DNA of 63,448 bases, filler included, from Phoronis australis (GCA_002633005.1; 5 parts of 5 records of this genome joined end to end with filler, not necessarily neighbours in it), one strand, 5' to 3'; counted from the whole stretch's first letter, positions 24,950 to 38,439 are shown. The notes: a model not told the origin generated them from the letters alone. Translations and numbers: made by a program.

Positions 24950-26640
24950 AGGCGAATGCCACCCGATTTAATTAGTCTTTTTTGCCGTCTTAATCGGTCT
25001 ATTTCCACATCGCCTCGCATACGGTCGACCTTACCTTGCCAAGAGGTGTCGCGTTAACCTGTGAGGAAGGTGAGAAACGACGCTAGCGGCGTCAACGGTT
25101 CATAAGCAGAGTGAATGCCGCTATGTTGCGGTATATCGTTCCCGCTTGTCCGAACTAAGCAGCCGCGAGGATAGCGAGTATATCGTGTTTTTTTACTTCC
25201 TCGAGAGTCCGAAATGTTTAGGAAGTGGCTCGTGGTAGTGAAAAATGAAATATACGCTGCAAATAGCAAGTATGAGGCCGTGAAACATCTCCGAGTCTGT
25301 GGCCTGCTGACGACGTCGACAGTGCCTGGCGAATGCCGGCTTACAAAATAACTCCATACGTTCCGTTTTCTGAGCTTGTTCACGGCGCCTCTCTAGTATT
25401 TCTTCATCACTGTATTCCTGTTCGAATTGATAGCCTATAAAACTTAACGATCCACCCGCGAAGTCGGGATTGATGAGCCCGGCGCTCTAGCTTGTCCTAA
25501 GTCGGGATTGCGAGTTGCCACTCCGTTGGCGATTACTGAGCGTTCTGTTTCAAAATGAATTATTCTCACCCTAACCAATACTTATATAAAACTGAAACAA
25601 AGTCTTTCTCATTAGATGCAATTTATAGTGTTCGTAAGTGCACGAAATGATTTGAGAAGCCAGCAATGAATAAATCACTGCGTTACCGGCTTTTTTGGTG
25701 CAATGAAACTAATTGACGGGACGCCGCGAGGCCGTGTGAGCTCATGCTAATTTAGTGTTTGCTGGCAGAAACTGTTGTGAAACAACTCGATTTCCACCCC
25801 ACGACCGGGTGTTAGGGGAATCTTTATTTACATTTACATTACTCAAATAATGATTGTCAATGTACAACTCTGCCCTGACGGTGATGTGGCCAAAGCGGAA
25901 CTGAATTCGCGGCCCCCGACGAGTAAGTAGATTTGCAGTTTCGTGGCTAATTGACCAACATAATCACGTGTACATTACTTTGGCTCACTAGTATAGTATT
26001 TTCTTGACTAGAAGTTTAGTTTCCACTGAACTTTGGCTGGTTTGTTCGTGATGTCTGATCAGTTTCCGAGCCACTGGCCGGGATAACGAGTCAACCTGAA
26101 TCTGGCCGGCGCCGCGACGGGCCTGATCGGGCTCCGAGCCACTGGCCAGGATAACAAGCGTTTTGTGTTTAGAACTCAGAAAATCACAAGTCTAAACAAC
26201 GCAGATCTAGGTTCTAATGTCTGTATCTCAAGGAAAATACTTCGAAATTATCTCCGAACACACCGCAAACTCCTGCTACGGACCTTATTGGCCTGCCGAT
26301 TTTTGTAGGCTACGGTGTGTCCAAATACCAATAAATCCGTAAGAGCGAATTGAAACAACATGTTTTTGTAAGAACTCGGTGTATTTTTAAGGGTTTTACA
26401 TCGATGTTTGATGATTTATTGTTGATAAACGATGATTCCAAGCGATAAGCTGACACCAGTAACCCGTGTTGTGAAGTGCTGAACAGAATGCGTGTGAAAC
26501 CGATGACGTAATTGGATAATTTCAACACCTCCGTCTGCCGTCAGGTGTCAGGTAACGCAAGCTCACGTGTCGTTATGCAGTAGAACTATTCAATCTAAAT
26601 TGATACAAATTACGTTGTCATTTTTGGGTGGCATGCTCCT
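24950..26640. mobile_element. Kolobok-like non-autonomous DNA transposon, 1691 bp
   Basis: TTAA|AGGCGAATGCCACCC ... GGGTGGCATGCTCCT|TTAA (TTAA TSD, AG...CT ends); decayed KolX-like coding remnant on the minus strand. Confidence 0.8.
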
Positions 26641-27180
26641 TTAAGGCCAACAGGCAATTGCCGCTTGGCAAGAGTCTTAGAGAGGCTTTATCTGACAGTA
26701 CGTGTCGTCGGAACCGGAAGTCACGCTTAACAACACTACACCCCTTCCGCGGAACAGAAGTGCTCACTGGCATTCAGATCTGAACAACTCCTTAGCGTCC
26801 TTGATTTTGACCTCAGCGACGCTCTCTTTGTGTTAAAAATTCAACTGTACCAGGTCGAGAAAGCGAGGCCCAATGGAAATGATGGTAAAATGGACACAGT
26901 AGGTCAAAATACACATAATGGTCAACGTGGACACAATGGGTCAAAAGGGAGAAGACAGACACAAGTTTTACTCGTGTGTAAAGTTGGTATAATTGCTGGG
27001 TTATTATCAAGCTTCAATATGAATACGAGTCAAAAGTGAGAAAAGTACTTGATATGGTATCAATTATTTAGACCCAGGAACATCCCCCACTCTCCCTGAA
27101 ATTTCATATCATCTAAGAAGCTCCATAATGATAGTGAATGTACACTATGCGATTTAGAATCTATTTGTTATTATTTTCAG

Positions 27181-27270
27181 ATTAGAGTAGCTGTATTAAC
27201 AGGGGACAGTTCTACTGTACTGGAGTATGTAAACCGTGGTTGGGATGTGGACCAAGCACTGGACGCTTGG
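27181..27270 (+). CDS. Isolated ankyrin-repeat-like exon
   Basis: ttattttcag acceptor and gtaagt donor; 90 nt, phase 0-0; IRVAVLTGDSSTVLEYVNRGWDVDQALDAW fits the A-x2-G-x4-V-x5-G-x-D-V ankyrin pattern. Partner exons not resolved. Confidence 0.45.
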
Positions 27271-30039
27271 GTAAGTATTTACACATGAACACTTGGCTTC
27301 AAAGGCACCTTGTAATAAACAATTCTATACAACCGCTATCTTAAAACTTTAATTACTATGGCATTGCCTTTCTGATTTTATGTTGAATACTGTTTCAATT
27401 ATGTAAATTGTTAACCATAGCAACATGTGATCAGTGTGGTAACAATACAAAACAGTAATAACAAAATGTTCACATTTAACTACGGAAGCTATGGATATAA
27501 CATACATTACAAGAGTCAACAACACACTTATGTTGGTGAAAAAATACAATGAAATTATGACATGGTTATAAGAACAACAAGCTGGCAGCTTCACTATGTA
27601 GCACTTTATAGACGTCAATTTGCAAGATATGAGAATCATTTGTCAAAAAGGTAAATTTACCATGAAATACTATTAAATGTATCTGTTATATGGTCGACTG
27701 CCTTCACAACAAGGATCTCGCAAACGATCAATGAAAGAATTAGAAATATACCGATTTGGACAGATCCACATTTTGACAAGTGTGTGTCAATTTTTCAGAG
27801 TTTAACAATAATCTTCTCTTAAATCTGTACACACATATTCTTTGTTATTGTACGGCAGCATATGACTGTAGGGAGAATAGTTTTATCCTTTTCTCAAAAG
27901 CACTGGTGAAAATTTAACTTTGATAATGATACATGTATATCATTTTTAATTTACTGTTTTAATTGGGATGGTTTGACATACATCTATGCCTTGGCAATTG
28001 TGGGTTTGCGAGTGGCTTGACGGTAAGATGATGGAGGAAGATATTCTGGAAGTGAAACCCGATAGAGTTCTCTAGCTGCCTTGCAGCTTGCAAAAACTAT
28101 CCGAATCCACATTGTGTCATTTAAAATACACGGTGTAATCTCGCAAAGGGCCCAGCGATGTACTAGCGTTCTTGAACTCTATCCAGATCGAGTGATGTTC
28201 GAATTTTGTATTGCTTATATTCTTTACTTTGTCAAGAACGTGAGCTGCTAACACCTAAATGAAATTTTTATTGCAATGACATTTTGGATCACTTATTGTG
28301 TTCGACCATTGCATGACACCAGTAATGATTATTGCAACATTGATATGATAATCTGTCTACCAAAAGCAAAGATCCCGGACCATCTACATGCACTTGGTGG
28401 ATTATACCACAATAGTAAAAAACTTTAAATCGTCTGTACGTGACCACATTATTTGAAACCTGCTTTAACGATGAGATACAAATTCCAATAGGTTGATTAG
28501 ACTTTGATTATTTTGCACACGGGCGTGTCAGCGTGGTTCAAATGACATTTCATCATTTACATGTGTACTATCATGCCTAGATGTCTTTACAAATGTTTTG
28601 GGAAATAATTTCACTATCCAGGTTCAGATAAATATTCTCACACTGTGTAAATGGGCATCTAGAAAACGTAAGATCAACACTTTATCTCAGCCTTGAAGCT
28701 TTCATGTGTTTAGTACGAACTCTGAGTGAAAGTTAAATCCAACTGCAGTTGGATGGGGAGGCTTAGAGGATGTTTTCACGATTTGGATAAAATTTGACTG
28801 TATCAGACATTTTACCATTGACTATGTCATGGATGGTTTTGCGGCTCATGTTTGTCTTCATTGAAGAAGAGCAGAAATATGACACCACCCTTCGGTACCC
28901 TTACGTAAGGAAACCCGATTTGTGGGGGTTTTGAAGACACACCGTCTAGTCCTACTACCCGATTGGATTGTTACAATACATGTACATGTACATGTACAGG
29001 TATAAAGTGAATAGTGCTTTCAGAGTGTCCAATTTGATAACAGAAAGCTTTGTTCAAGTAGAGGTCTTGTGAAACTGTGTCAAACGTGGATTGATTATCT
29101 AACATTAATCCATTTTTCATTTATCCTCGTATCTCGTGAACAATTTTGTACAAGTGAGATACGGTACTGCTTCCATTCATAAAATCAGAGTGAAGTTGGT
29201 GATTTATTGCAATTTATTGAAAGTGAGGTCTTCGTACGTTTTTTTCGACGTCAGTTTTAAAGAAAGAATTTTGAAGTGTTACAGCACTGCAGTGATTCTC
29301 AATTCTTTTCTAATTGAGTACCATAATTCGAATTTCAAATAGTAGGGCAGGTTCTTGTTTGTGTAATTTTGTTTTATAAATGAGTGGTCAGTGCAGGCAT
29401 ATCATTTTATACTAGTTTAGTTATTTTAATCGTTATAGAGACGGTGCAATCACTTTTGTTTACAACAGTGTTTTCTAGTAAATGTATGGCAAGTGCTAGG
29501 GTCTCTTGGAAATAGACAGGTGAGCTGGACTGTTTGCAAACAAATGTTGGGTATTCAGCTGTTGTTTTATTTGTGAAAGAATCCATGAAAAGAGCACTTA
29601 AACTGTTTACGTTAATTTTCATTTTGCGATTTAATAATAAGATATACCGGTAAGTTGACTTTGTTCCTCGTTTGCGTTTTGTTTATGAATGAGCAATATT
29701 CATTTGCCTTGTTGAAACATTACATACGTTTGTGTATGTAAAAGGTTTCGTTATGTTGTGGTGCTGTGTAAAACTTGGGTAACTCGCTTTTAATAGTAGG
29801 AAATTGTTTTAAATTGTTAAAAAATCAACGCATAGTTTGTTTCATGTTTGATCTAAATAAGATAGGAGTTTTGTTGATCTCGCTTTTGACATTACTGTTG
29901 AATCAAAATTTGTGCCTTCACTTTAGTATTTTAGGATTTCCAAAATTGTTTTTATTTACTGGTAAGATGTGTCCGATACGTTGTCGCAAATAATAGTGTT
30001 CCGGTTTGCTGCATTTAATGTCTGAGAGTATTAATTTCC

Positions 30040-30300
30040 AGTTTCTTTCGTGCACAACTGGTTCATTCCTACAAGTTTTTAAGGTAGTGTCGTTATCAGA
30101 GTTCCATATAGGTGGCATGACCTCCTGCTGCAGTTTCACGGTCTTCAACATACCATATGCTCTTTCTGGCATTTATGTCACCCTTTGTTATCACCAGGGT
30201 AAACCAGTAACGCAGACGTCGTCTCAAATCGTTCTGTAACCATGATAGATAATTTTTTCTATGCTAAACGGAACGTGGAGGGCGTCTGCACGTAAATGGG
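30040..30300 (-). mobile_element. Highly decayed APE-endonuclease fragment of a CR1-group LINE
   Basis: Manual translation gives CRRPP (YRPP-like), then LVITKGDINARKSIWYVEDRETAAG (GDFNA motif), then VGMNQLCTKET (Q-L-x3-P-T-like), with stops. Confidence 0.5.
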
Positions 30301-31980
30301 ATGCAAACAAGGTTACGAACAATTTCAGAATGCAATCAGTTTTGATGGAAATGAAAGAAATCCTATCTAAAATTTCAACTCAATGACGGGTTACACATCA
30401 CTTTCTTTGTCGCGATATAGACCAACTGATGCGATTACGAAGTTAAGTTATCTAGTTGAAATATTGAAAACGATAGTTTTAACTTCTGCCACTTGGGTAA
30501 TTGTTGGTCAAAAACATATTCCGAAAAGTATACGTACATGTACCATAAACCGCGTATCAAATGACAACAGTGCAAATATTACACATCGTGCAAAATTAGA
30601 TGGAATTTCGAACAGTGTGTATAAAAGCACAGACACTTGAAAACGTGACCATTAAATTAATGCAAAACTCGAAACTTGTTCGCGTTCCTTCAGTGTAACG
30701 GCAAAGTCTGCTATAGTGGAGTGTACACTTTTTCAGGATTTCCGGATATTTGATCAGAAACACGAAACAGAATGAACCCGAAGCTCTTTTTTCACTGTGA
30801 CATATATTTATTGAAGGATACACAGAACATACAAAGAAATAATAACAAACCCAGAAACCGCGAAGCATTATATCTCGGTTGTAAACAATTCATAAATGAA
30901 ACTTATATACATAGAGGTATATACAATTAAGTAGTATCTAAAATAAGTATTCCAATACTTAGACATGCTATTACAGATATATAAAAACAAAAATATTTAC
31001 AGATTCATGTAGGGAAATCAGATGCAACAATATTGATAAACGGTACATAAAAATTTGCTAACGTTGCTTAGGAGGAATTCGTTNNNNNNNNNNNNNNNNN
31101 NNNNNNNNNNNNNNNNNNNNNNNNNNNNNNNNNNNNNNNNNNNNNNNNNNNNNNNNNNNNNNNNNNNNNNNNNNNNNNNNNNNNNNNNNNNNNNNNNNNN
31201 NNNNNNNNNNNNNNNNNNNNNNNNNNNNNNNNNNNNNNNNNNNNNNNNNNNNNNNNNNNNNNNNNNNNNNNNNNNNNNNNNNNNNNNNNNNNNNNNNNNN
31301 NNNNNNNNNNNNNNNNNNNNNNNNNNNNNNNNNNNNNNNNNNNNNNNNNNNNNNNNNNNNNNNNNNNNNNNNNNNNNNNNNNNNNNNNNNNNNNNNNNNN
31401 NNNNNNNNNNNNNNNNNNNNNNNNNNNNNNNNNNNNNNNNNNNNNNNNNNNNNNNNNNNNNNNNNNNNNNNNNNNNNNNNNNNNNNNNNNNNNNNNNNNN
31501 NNNNNNNNNNNNNNNNNNNNNNNNNNNNNNNNNNNNNNNNNNNNNNNNNNNNNNNNNNNNNNNNNNNNNNNNNNNNNNNNNNNNNNNNNNNNNNNNNNNN
31601 NNNNNNNNNNNNNNNNNNNNNNNNNNNNNNNNNNNNNNNNNNNNNNNNNNNNNNNNNNNNNNNNNNNNNNNNNNNNNNNNNNNNNNNNNNNNNNNNNNNN
31701 NNNNNNNNNNNNNNNNNNNNNNNNNNNNNNNNNNNNNNNNNNNNNNNNNNNNNNNNNNNNNNNNNNNNNNNNNNNNNNNNNNNNNNNNNNNNNNNNNNNN
31801 NNNNNNNNNNNNNNNNNNNNNNNNNNNNNNNNNNNNNNNNNNNNNNNNNNNNNNNNNNNNNNNNNNNNNNNNNNNNNNNNNNNNNNNNNNNNNNNNNNNN
31901 NNNNNNNNNNNNNNNNNNNNNNNNNNNNNNNNNNNNNNNNNNNNNNNNNNNNNNNNNNNNNNNNNNNNNNNNNNNNNNNN

Positions 31981-33031
31981 GACATCAGTTTGATTAGCCG
32001 GGATGTCAGACAGTTGATTGAGACAACGTTCACGAAGAAAGGGAAAGTTACTTACTTCAGTTGGTGTAATGTGGCTTTTGTTCGTGAAAAATTTGAGAAA
32101 CAAATCACACTTGTCACTACTACGTGAGGCTAGGTTACCATTATAGTTGATGACAGGATAGGAGGATTGCTGTTGATTGCCACGTATTTTATTGATGATG
32201 TTCCAGTATTCTTTGGAATTCTTGCTTGCGCTGTTAACTTGGTTGAAAAACCTTGTGTCGGTCATCAGCTGTGGCTTGATTTACTAAAGTTTCAACCAGG
32301 CGTGACTGCTCCTTGTTTCTGTTGTAAATTATAGTGTTGTTAGATCTTCTGAAAGAGCTGTAAAGTCTGTTTGTTGTGCGGATTGCCCGTTTAACATTAC
32401 TGTTGAACCACGGTTGGCTGTTGTGTTTAATTATCTTTTCAGTTGATGGGTTGTTGTTTTTTAAGTTTTCATAGAGAGTACTAGTGAAGAGTGAAACAGT
32501 GTCATCAATGTCGCCAGTGTTCAATATGGAATCCCAGTCAGTGTTGGTGATATCCTGGCGCAGTCTATCGGTGTCGACCTGATCATGTTTCCAGTTGGTT
32601 CGAGTAGTGTGTTGTTCATTAAACGGTTATTTAAGTGTTAGAGCGGTTTCAATAGTGTGGTGATCAGAATTGCCAACAGGAGGCAGTACAGAACATGAGT
32701 CAATGATACTCAAATTGTTTGTTATACAGAGGTCAATACATGAATGAGAAACGTCGTTGATAAGGGTTGGCTCATTAATTAGTTGTATGCAGTCATTAGA
32801 CAATAAAATATCAAACAATTGTAGTCCGGCCGTATTGTCATGATCATCATTGTACCATGTAGAGTTTCGGGCATTGAAATCACCATTATACTAACGCTAT
32901 TGCGGTTAAGTTCCGCTAACTGATCGTCTAGGGCTTTGAAGTAGAGTTTTCTTTCAGTTGGAGATTGAGAAGGTGAGCGATAAAACAACCCATAGTAAAT
33001 TTTTCTGTGATCGAAATAAATTTCGATCCAG
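31981..33031 (-). mobile_element. CR1-group LINE ORF2, downstream portion (APE endonuclease C-half and linker), frameshifted; runs into an N gap
   Basis: Motifs GLFYRSP, QLINEPT, SCIDLCITN, VGNSDHHTI, QPWFN, KEYWNIINK. Confidence 0.88.
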
Positions 33032-33045
33032 CCCTTACAAAAATG

Positions 33046-33600
33046 AACTTAAGTTTTTCGCTGAAAACTTAAGTTAGAGGAAAAACTTAAGTTCTTCCGA
33101 AAGACTTAACTTTTAAAAGAAACTTAAGTTTTTAAAATCTAAGTTTTTCGCCAAAAACTTAAGTTTTTCAGCACAATGTTCAGTTTTTCAGAAAACTTAA
33201 GTTTTTCAGAAAACTTAAGTTTTTTCAAGTGTAAAACTTAAGTTTTTAAAAGAAACTTAAGTTTTTAAAACTTAAGTTTTTAAAAGAAACTTAGTTTTTA
33301 AAACTTAAGTTTTTCGCCAAAAACTTAGTTTTTCAGCACAATGTTAAGTTTTTCAGAAAACTTAAGTTTTTCAGAAAACTTAAGTTTTTTCAAGTGTAAA
33401 ACTTAAGTTTTCACAAATAAACTTAAGTTTCAAGTAATAACTTAAGTTTTCATGAAAACTTAAGTTTTCTGTACTAACAAAACTTAAGTTATTCTGATAA
33501 CTTAAGTTGATCACAAAACTTAAGTTTTTGTAATTTTAAAAACTTAAGTTTTCCTGACTTCTTAAGATTTTCAGAAAACTGGATTTTTTCATTTGTGGAA
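33046..33600. repeat. Subterminal array of the palindrome AAAACTTAAGTTTT (left arm)
   Basis: Dozens of copies at 14-20 bp spacing, decaying inward. Confidence 0.95.
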
Positions 33601-35584
33601 AACTTGAATTTTCTAAAAACTCTTAGGTTTCTGTGTGATGAAAATTTACGTTTTCAAGTTTTTAAAATTTGAATATTGTGAGATATTTAATTTTTGGTTC
33701 GAAAATTTTCCCAGTATTTTCCAACAAAAAATTTTTGTTTGCTCATGCAAAACCCATCATCTCAAAAAATGTTGCCCGAATATTTCCTTAACATTTATAT
33801 AGATACAAATACCATAAAACGACGAACGTTTAACCTGGTTAGTACAGAATTAGTGCAGTTATGTAATCATTACGGAACGTCTTTGTGAATTTAAATGTAG
33901 ACGAACATCCGGTGACCAACAGCAGTGAAAATGCACCCAGTGTTAATTACCTGAGACACTGACCTGTTCAGTACAATGTAATCAATGGAACTCATGCAAT
34001 TCTTAAAAAAAAGTATTTATTGTGCAAGTTTCCTTTGTGTTGAGTTGTATTCGTAAGGCAGATTCCACCGGAAGTCAGTTAGAATTTTAAAACTGACAGT
34101 CAATTTCGAAGAAAAAGTCGTGTGTTGGCTAGACCGCGACAATGAAGTTTATATTACTACGAGCAGAGCCAGCAAGAAGACATTTCAGAAGTTTTGGAAG
34201 TCAGGTTAGTGCCAGAGAGCGTTCTAAAGTCGATTGGTCACAATCGGTGCTGTGATTTCCAACGAACGTGTTAAGTTCAGTTGTTTGTTAGCCACTCACG
34301 AGTCACGCTGTCACATACCGACATGGACTCATTCTGTGTGTGAATTATCTAAACTTCTAACGCGTAATATACTTCTGGAGGTCCATCAGGGGAAGCCATA
34401 ACGTTCACTTAAGGCTATTACTCTTTTACATTTCTGTCTTCTGAGGTTGTGTTAGTGTGATCAATGCAAGGGGGGACTACCAGTCCAAGGCAAAGTGTAA
34501 TCATCTCCCAAGTTGGGTATATTGGCATTGGTTGTGTTTACTTATGTCTATGTTCGTTGTAATTCTTAGAAGCTCCTGATTTTGAAATCTCATATCACTA
34601 CAGGTCAATAATTTGCAAGGTTCACTTGCCTCATCCTTGCACCAATCCTAAAATATGGGGGGTGCTCAAATTTTTGGGCATGTTGACCTTTTACTAAAAA
34701 AACGTGGTATGTTCAGAGCTGTGCACAGTGCATTGCTGAATTACAGATTTTTACTGGACTCGTGTCTCGTTTTTTCAATTCTTTTTGTTTCTATGAGGCT
34801 GATCTTTTCATGCCCACTTCGGCAAGTGGGAGGGTGCTCGTTCGAGCCTCCTCTTGGTGCGCTTATGTGCCTGGTTCTCAAAATTAAGAATAACCAATGT
34901 AACTATTGTATTGCCTATTTTGACTGATTTGCTCAGGTTTATCGGGAGGATCTAGGTTATTGAATGCGAAAGGACATCCCGATCCACTACTAGTAGTACC
35001 CTATCTGGAATACCCCGGCATAGGTCACAATGTACCCAAGTGAACTCTCACCAGTCAACATGTCAACTATTGTTAAACCAAGCGAAACTTGCATAATTCC
35101 TATCTAATTGCACCAAATAATTCAATGCAAATAAGGAAAATCTGTGTGATTTGACTTTGGGATTGAGTATGTGCTTTCAAATTTTTACGTACCGGGTTGT
35201 GGAATACTAGAATGTTACAAAAGTTTGCATATTCACGTTCAATGCGAGTTCGACTGGTTTTATTGAAATCAATTATTTCAGTGTCATGGTGAAAGACAAG
35301 TGATAGTTATTCTGGGTACAACTTTACCTAGGAGTTGAGTTGAGTTGAATATGGACTGACTAGAATGATCTCCCCATGTCTGTAGGGGCATATTCTTTTC
35401 CCTCTAGAAATTTGCTTGGAACCTCAATTTAATATCTTTGAAAATGTCAGCCAGTAAAGTGATTCGTAGGAGTACAGGATATAGTGTTTTTATGTTTACT
35501 GTAGTACATGAGATAATAATTTTATTTTTACTGTAAACTATTATGGTTACGTAAGACTTCTCGTGAAGACCATGCCAGTATCTT

Positions 35585-35750
35585 CAATGGTGGATTCAGA
35601 GGACAGCTAAGGGGCCATGGCCCCGGCCCCATAAAACGCTACAAGATCAATTGGCAGTTGGGGGGCAGGGGGTGAATGTCTGATGGGCAAAACCCTACTC
35701 TGTCCTAGCCCCCAAACTCAAAATCCTGGATCCGCCCGACCGCCCCTGAT
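35585..35750. mobile_element. Short GC-rich MITE-like repeat
   Basis: Degenerate inverted ends ggtggattcag / ctggatccgcc around G/C runs; similar pieces near 23355 and 51500. Confidence 0.35.
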
Positions 35751-37069
35751 CTTTACATGGATAGCATTCCCTATAAATGGGTTATGTCTGGATTCTTAAG
35801 AAGCTATCACATACCGTTATGTTTCCTAATATCTCCTTGTTTTCAGGTGTCTATTAACTTGGCGGAGTACTTGGAAGAACTAGACATCCAAACATTTGCA
35901 TCGAAACAATCACCCAGGGGTGGTATTGGGCTGTTTACATCGACATGGCAGGTAGAGCTCCATATGTTTCATTGTTGAGTTAAAAATAGTGCTGCTATCA
36001 GAGTTTGAATTTGAAACAATATGACATATGTCCTTGGCTTAGCCAATGGGCTTATAATCTTTAACAAGCTCACTGATTCAACAAGCCATTTGGTCAAGTC
36101 AACGTAAAGCTTCTTGGTTTTGCTATAAGTTTCAAAAAGTACACACGGAAGTATACATGTCAGATTAAACTTTCAGTTCTAACCCTGGTTGTGCCGGCTA
36201 AATGTCCATGAAACATTAGTGAGAAGTTCTATGCTGGCTGGAGACAGCTAGTTAGAATACAGCTAGCTCTGCTCATTATGTACAGTTGTGCATTTTCTTA
36301 TCAGATTAACGAATTAAACAATGAAAAGTTCTTAAAAATAATGGGAATTGTAGTTTATTGCAGTTGCCAACAGTTCCATTATTTGATAAGAATATTAATT
36401 AATTTGTCATAGAACTTGAACTAAAAAGCTACAGAATACGATACCTGGTTAGCCTGAAGTCCAACTTTTATTAACACAATAAGTTTTGTCATATGCACGG
36501 TTTGTTCTAGATTGTGATAGCATGATAGGTGACCGTGTGCATGTTTTGCATTCAAGTTGTATAGAATAAAATTTTTTGAATGTCGCGAATCCAGGATTAA
36601 AACTTCATTCAAAACAGTATGTGAAGAAACTGACCCACTGCAGTGAATGCTTGAAGTAAACTTGCAGACTAGTCTTGCACTTGAATCCTGGAGAGCAATT
36701 GGTTAAATTTTGAGTTTGAAGACTATTCTAGGTTCTGTATATAAGTCAGGAAGTTTTACAAATCAGTGTTGTATAAACAGCATGATAAATATCCAGGAAG
36801 TTAAGTTGTCGTATAGTGATAGCTTTTACCCGTCTGTTATTAAAATTTGTTGTCTTTATTGCAGAGCGTGCCGTCAACAATCGTTGGATAAGGAAGGCTA
36901 CCCAGACAATGCAACGTCCGCACTTACGAACTGCAGCTCATGAACCTATGAATTCAGTTATCTGAGCTCAGAAACGCGCGTCTGTAGTCACAAAATATGG
37001 ATTATTTGCCTGTGAAGCTAAGCGAGCAGATCCAGCTAAAGAAGATTAAGTGGCTTGTGGTCTATCATA

Positions 37070-37566
37070 GGGCCCTTTCACATTGACGTAACTCTTGTCT
37101 GAGCGGAACATCGGCGTATACTGTGAAGTTAACTGGACCGTTCATTCTGGCTTCGGTCGTTATTGAACTTCGAAGTAAACAGTAGGTGACGCTGTCGTGA
37201 TCGAAGATATCGCAAAGTAGCACTGCACGCTAAGATGTGACAACTTGGGAACATTTACATGTGTTAAATGGCATAAAACTTATTTTTAAATTGATTGGTG
37301 ATTATTAGAGCAAGGTATAAGCAACTATTAGCTATCACACTACTATGCAATTGTTAATGATAACAATGGCCCCTGGCAATAACTTCGATAGGACTGAAGT
37401 TGATAGTTTATACTGCGTGGCAGCGTTGACGCTAAGCAATTAAATCCACCTGTTTAGTGCGAAGTTAACTGATGACGTTAACTTCCTTCCAGGACCAAAG
37501 TTTAAGTGTTCATACTGACATTAACTCCCAAAAACTTCGAGGCGTTGATGTTAGTATGAAAGGCCC
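37070..37566. mobile_element. MITE of about 500 bp nested in the CCC element
   Basis: TIRs GGGCCCTTTCACATTGAC / GGGCCTTTCATACTAAC, flanked by TA (or AT if the TIR is read one base longer). Confidence 0.6.
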
Positions 37567-38439
37567 TATATGTGTATGAAGTTCAGTAGCTTTAAATTAA
37601 AGGAAAATGAATATTTTTGTGGTCAAAAGTCTAAGTTTTCTAATTTCCATCTCGTATAACCAGGTTGTACTTAGGGTTACTTTTAGTGAAACTTGTTCGC
37701 ACCATGGAGTGTATTGGATTTACTGTTATTATGATTGTCAACAAAACGAAAAGTTGACTTTTAAATTGATATTTTTAAGGTTGCAAACAATTATAGGTGA
37801 TTCTAGGCACTATTTCTAGCATAAGGATTGTACTTCCCAAAATCAGACCTTTTAGTTACCTGTTACGTTTTATGTTATGCTTTTGTCTCTGCAGATATTC
37901 TCGGATTTGGCATATTAAGTGATTTGTTATTCTTGGTGTCAGTGCTGTAATTTTAGTTGACAAAGTCTGCTGTTGAAACGTAGACATTTGTTGTAGTCCT
38001 TCTTGGCTATGTAATCGCATTTTCTTTGGTTGTGTTTCATGATTTGGTAGTGATTTCTCTGTTTGTACATTCCATTTTGCTCCCTCAGTTACCGCATAAT
38101 TGTCATAGACTGAAACGATGCAAATAATGAATATATTATTAGCCTCGTTTAGTTTTCACTGCGTTGTATGCATGACACTTGATGAACTGATTTTTGAAAT
38201 GCTTCTGGTTTTTAAGATTTTGATATTTCACTTATGTTCACTTATTTTAAGGAACTAGTGTATTTAAGGAAGTGCATTTTATTTTCTGCAATTAATCATT
38301 GTTAATGAAATGTTAATAAAACTCTAGTTTGTTAAATCTTGATGAGAATCATTAAATTTGTTACTGTACTCCACTCTTGTTTTAGTGAAAATCGAAATTT
38401 TTGAATGTCTGTCCTATTGAAACTTATTGCTTTTAGAAA

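Noticed and set aside
28977-28998. (TACATG)n run
   Set aside because: TACATGTA is scattered throughout the window as a common simple motif.
33046-33600. CRISPR-like array of palindromic repeats
   Set aside because: Spacers are only a few bases long, the host is eukaryotic, and the array is the subterminal region of a TIR element.
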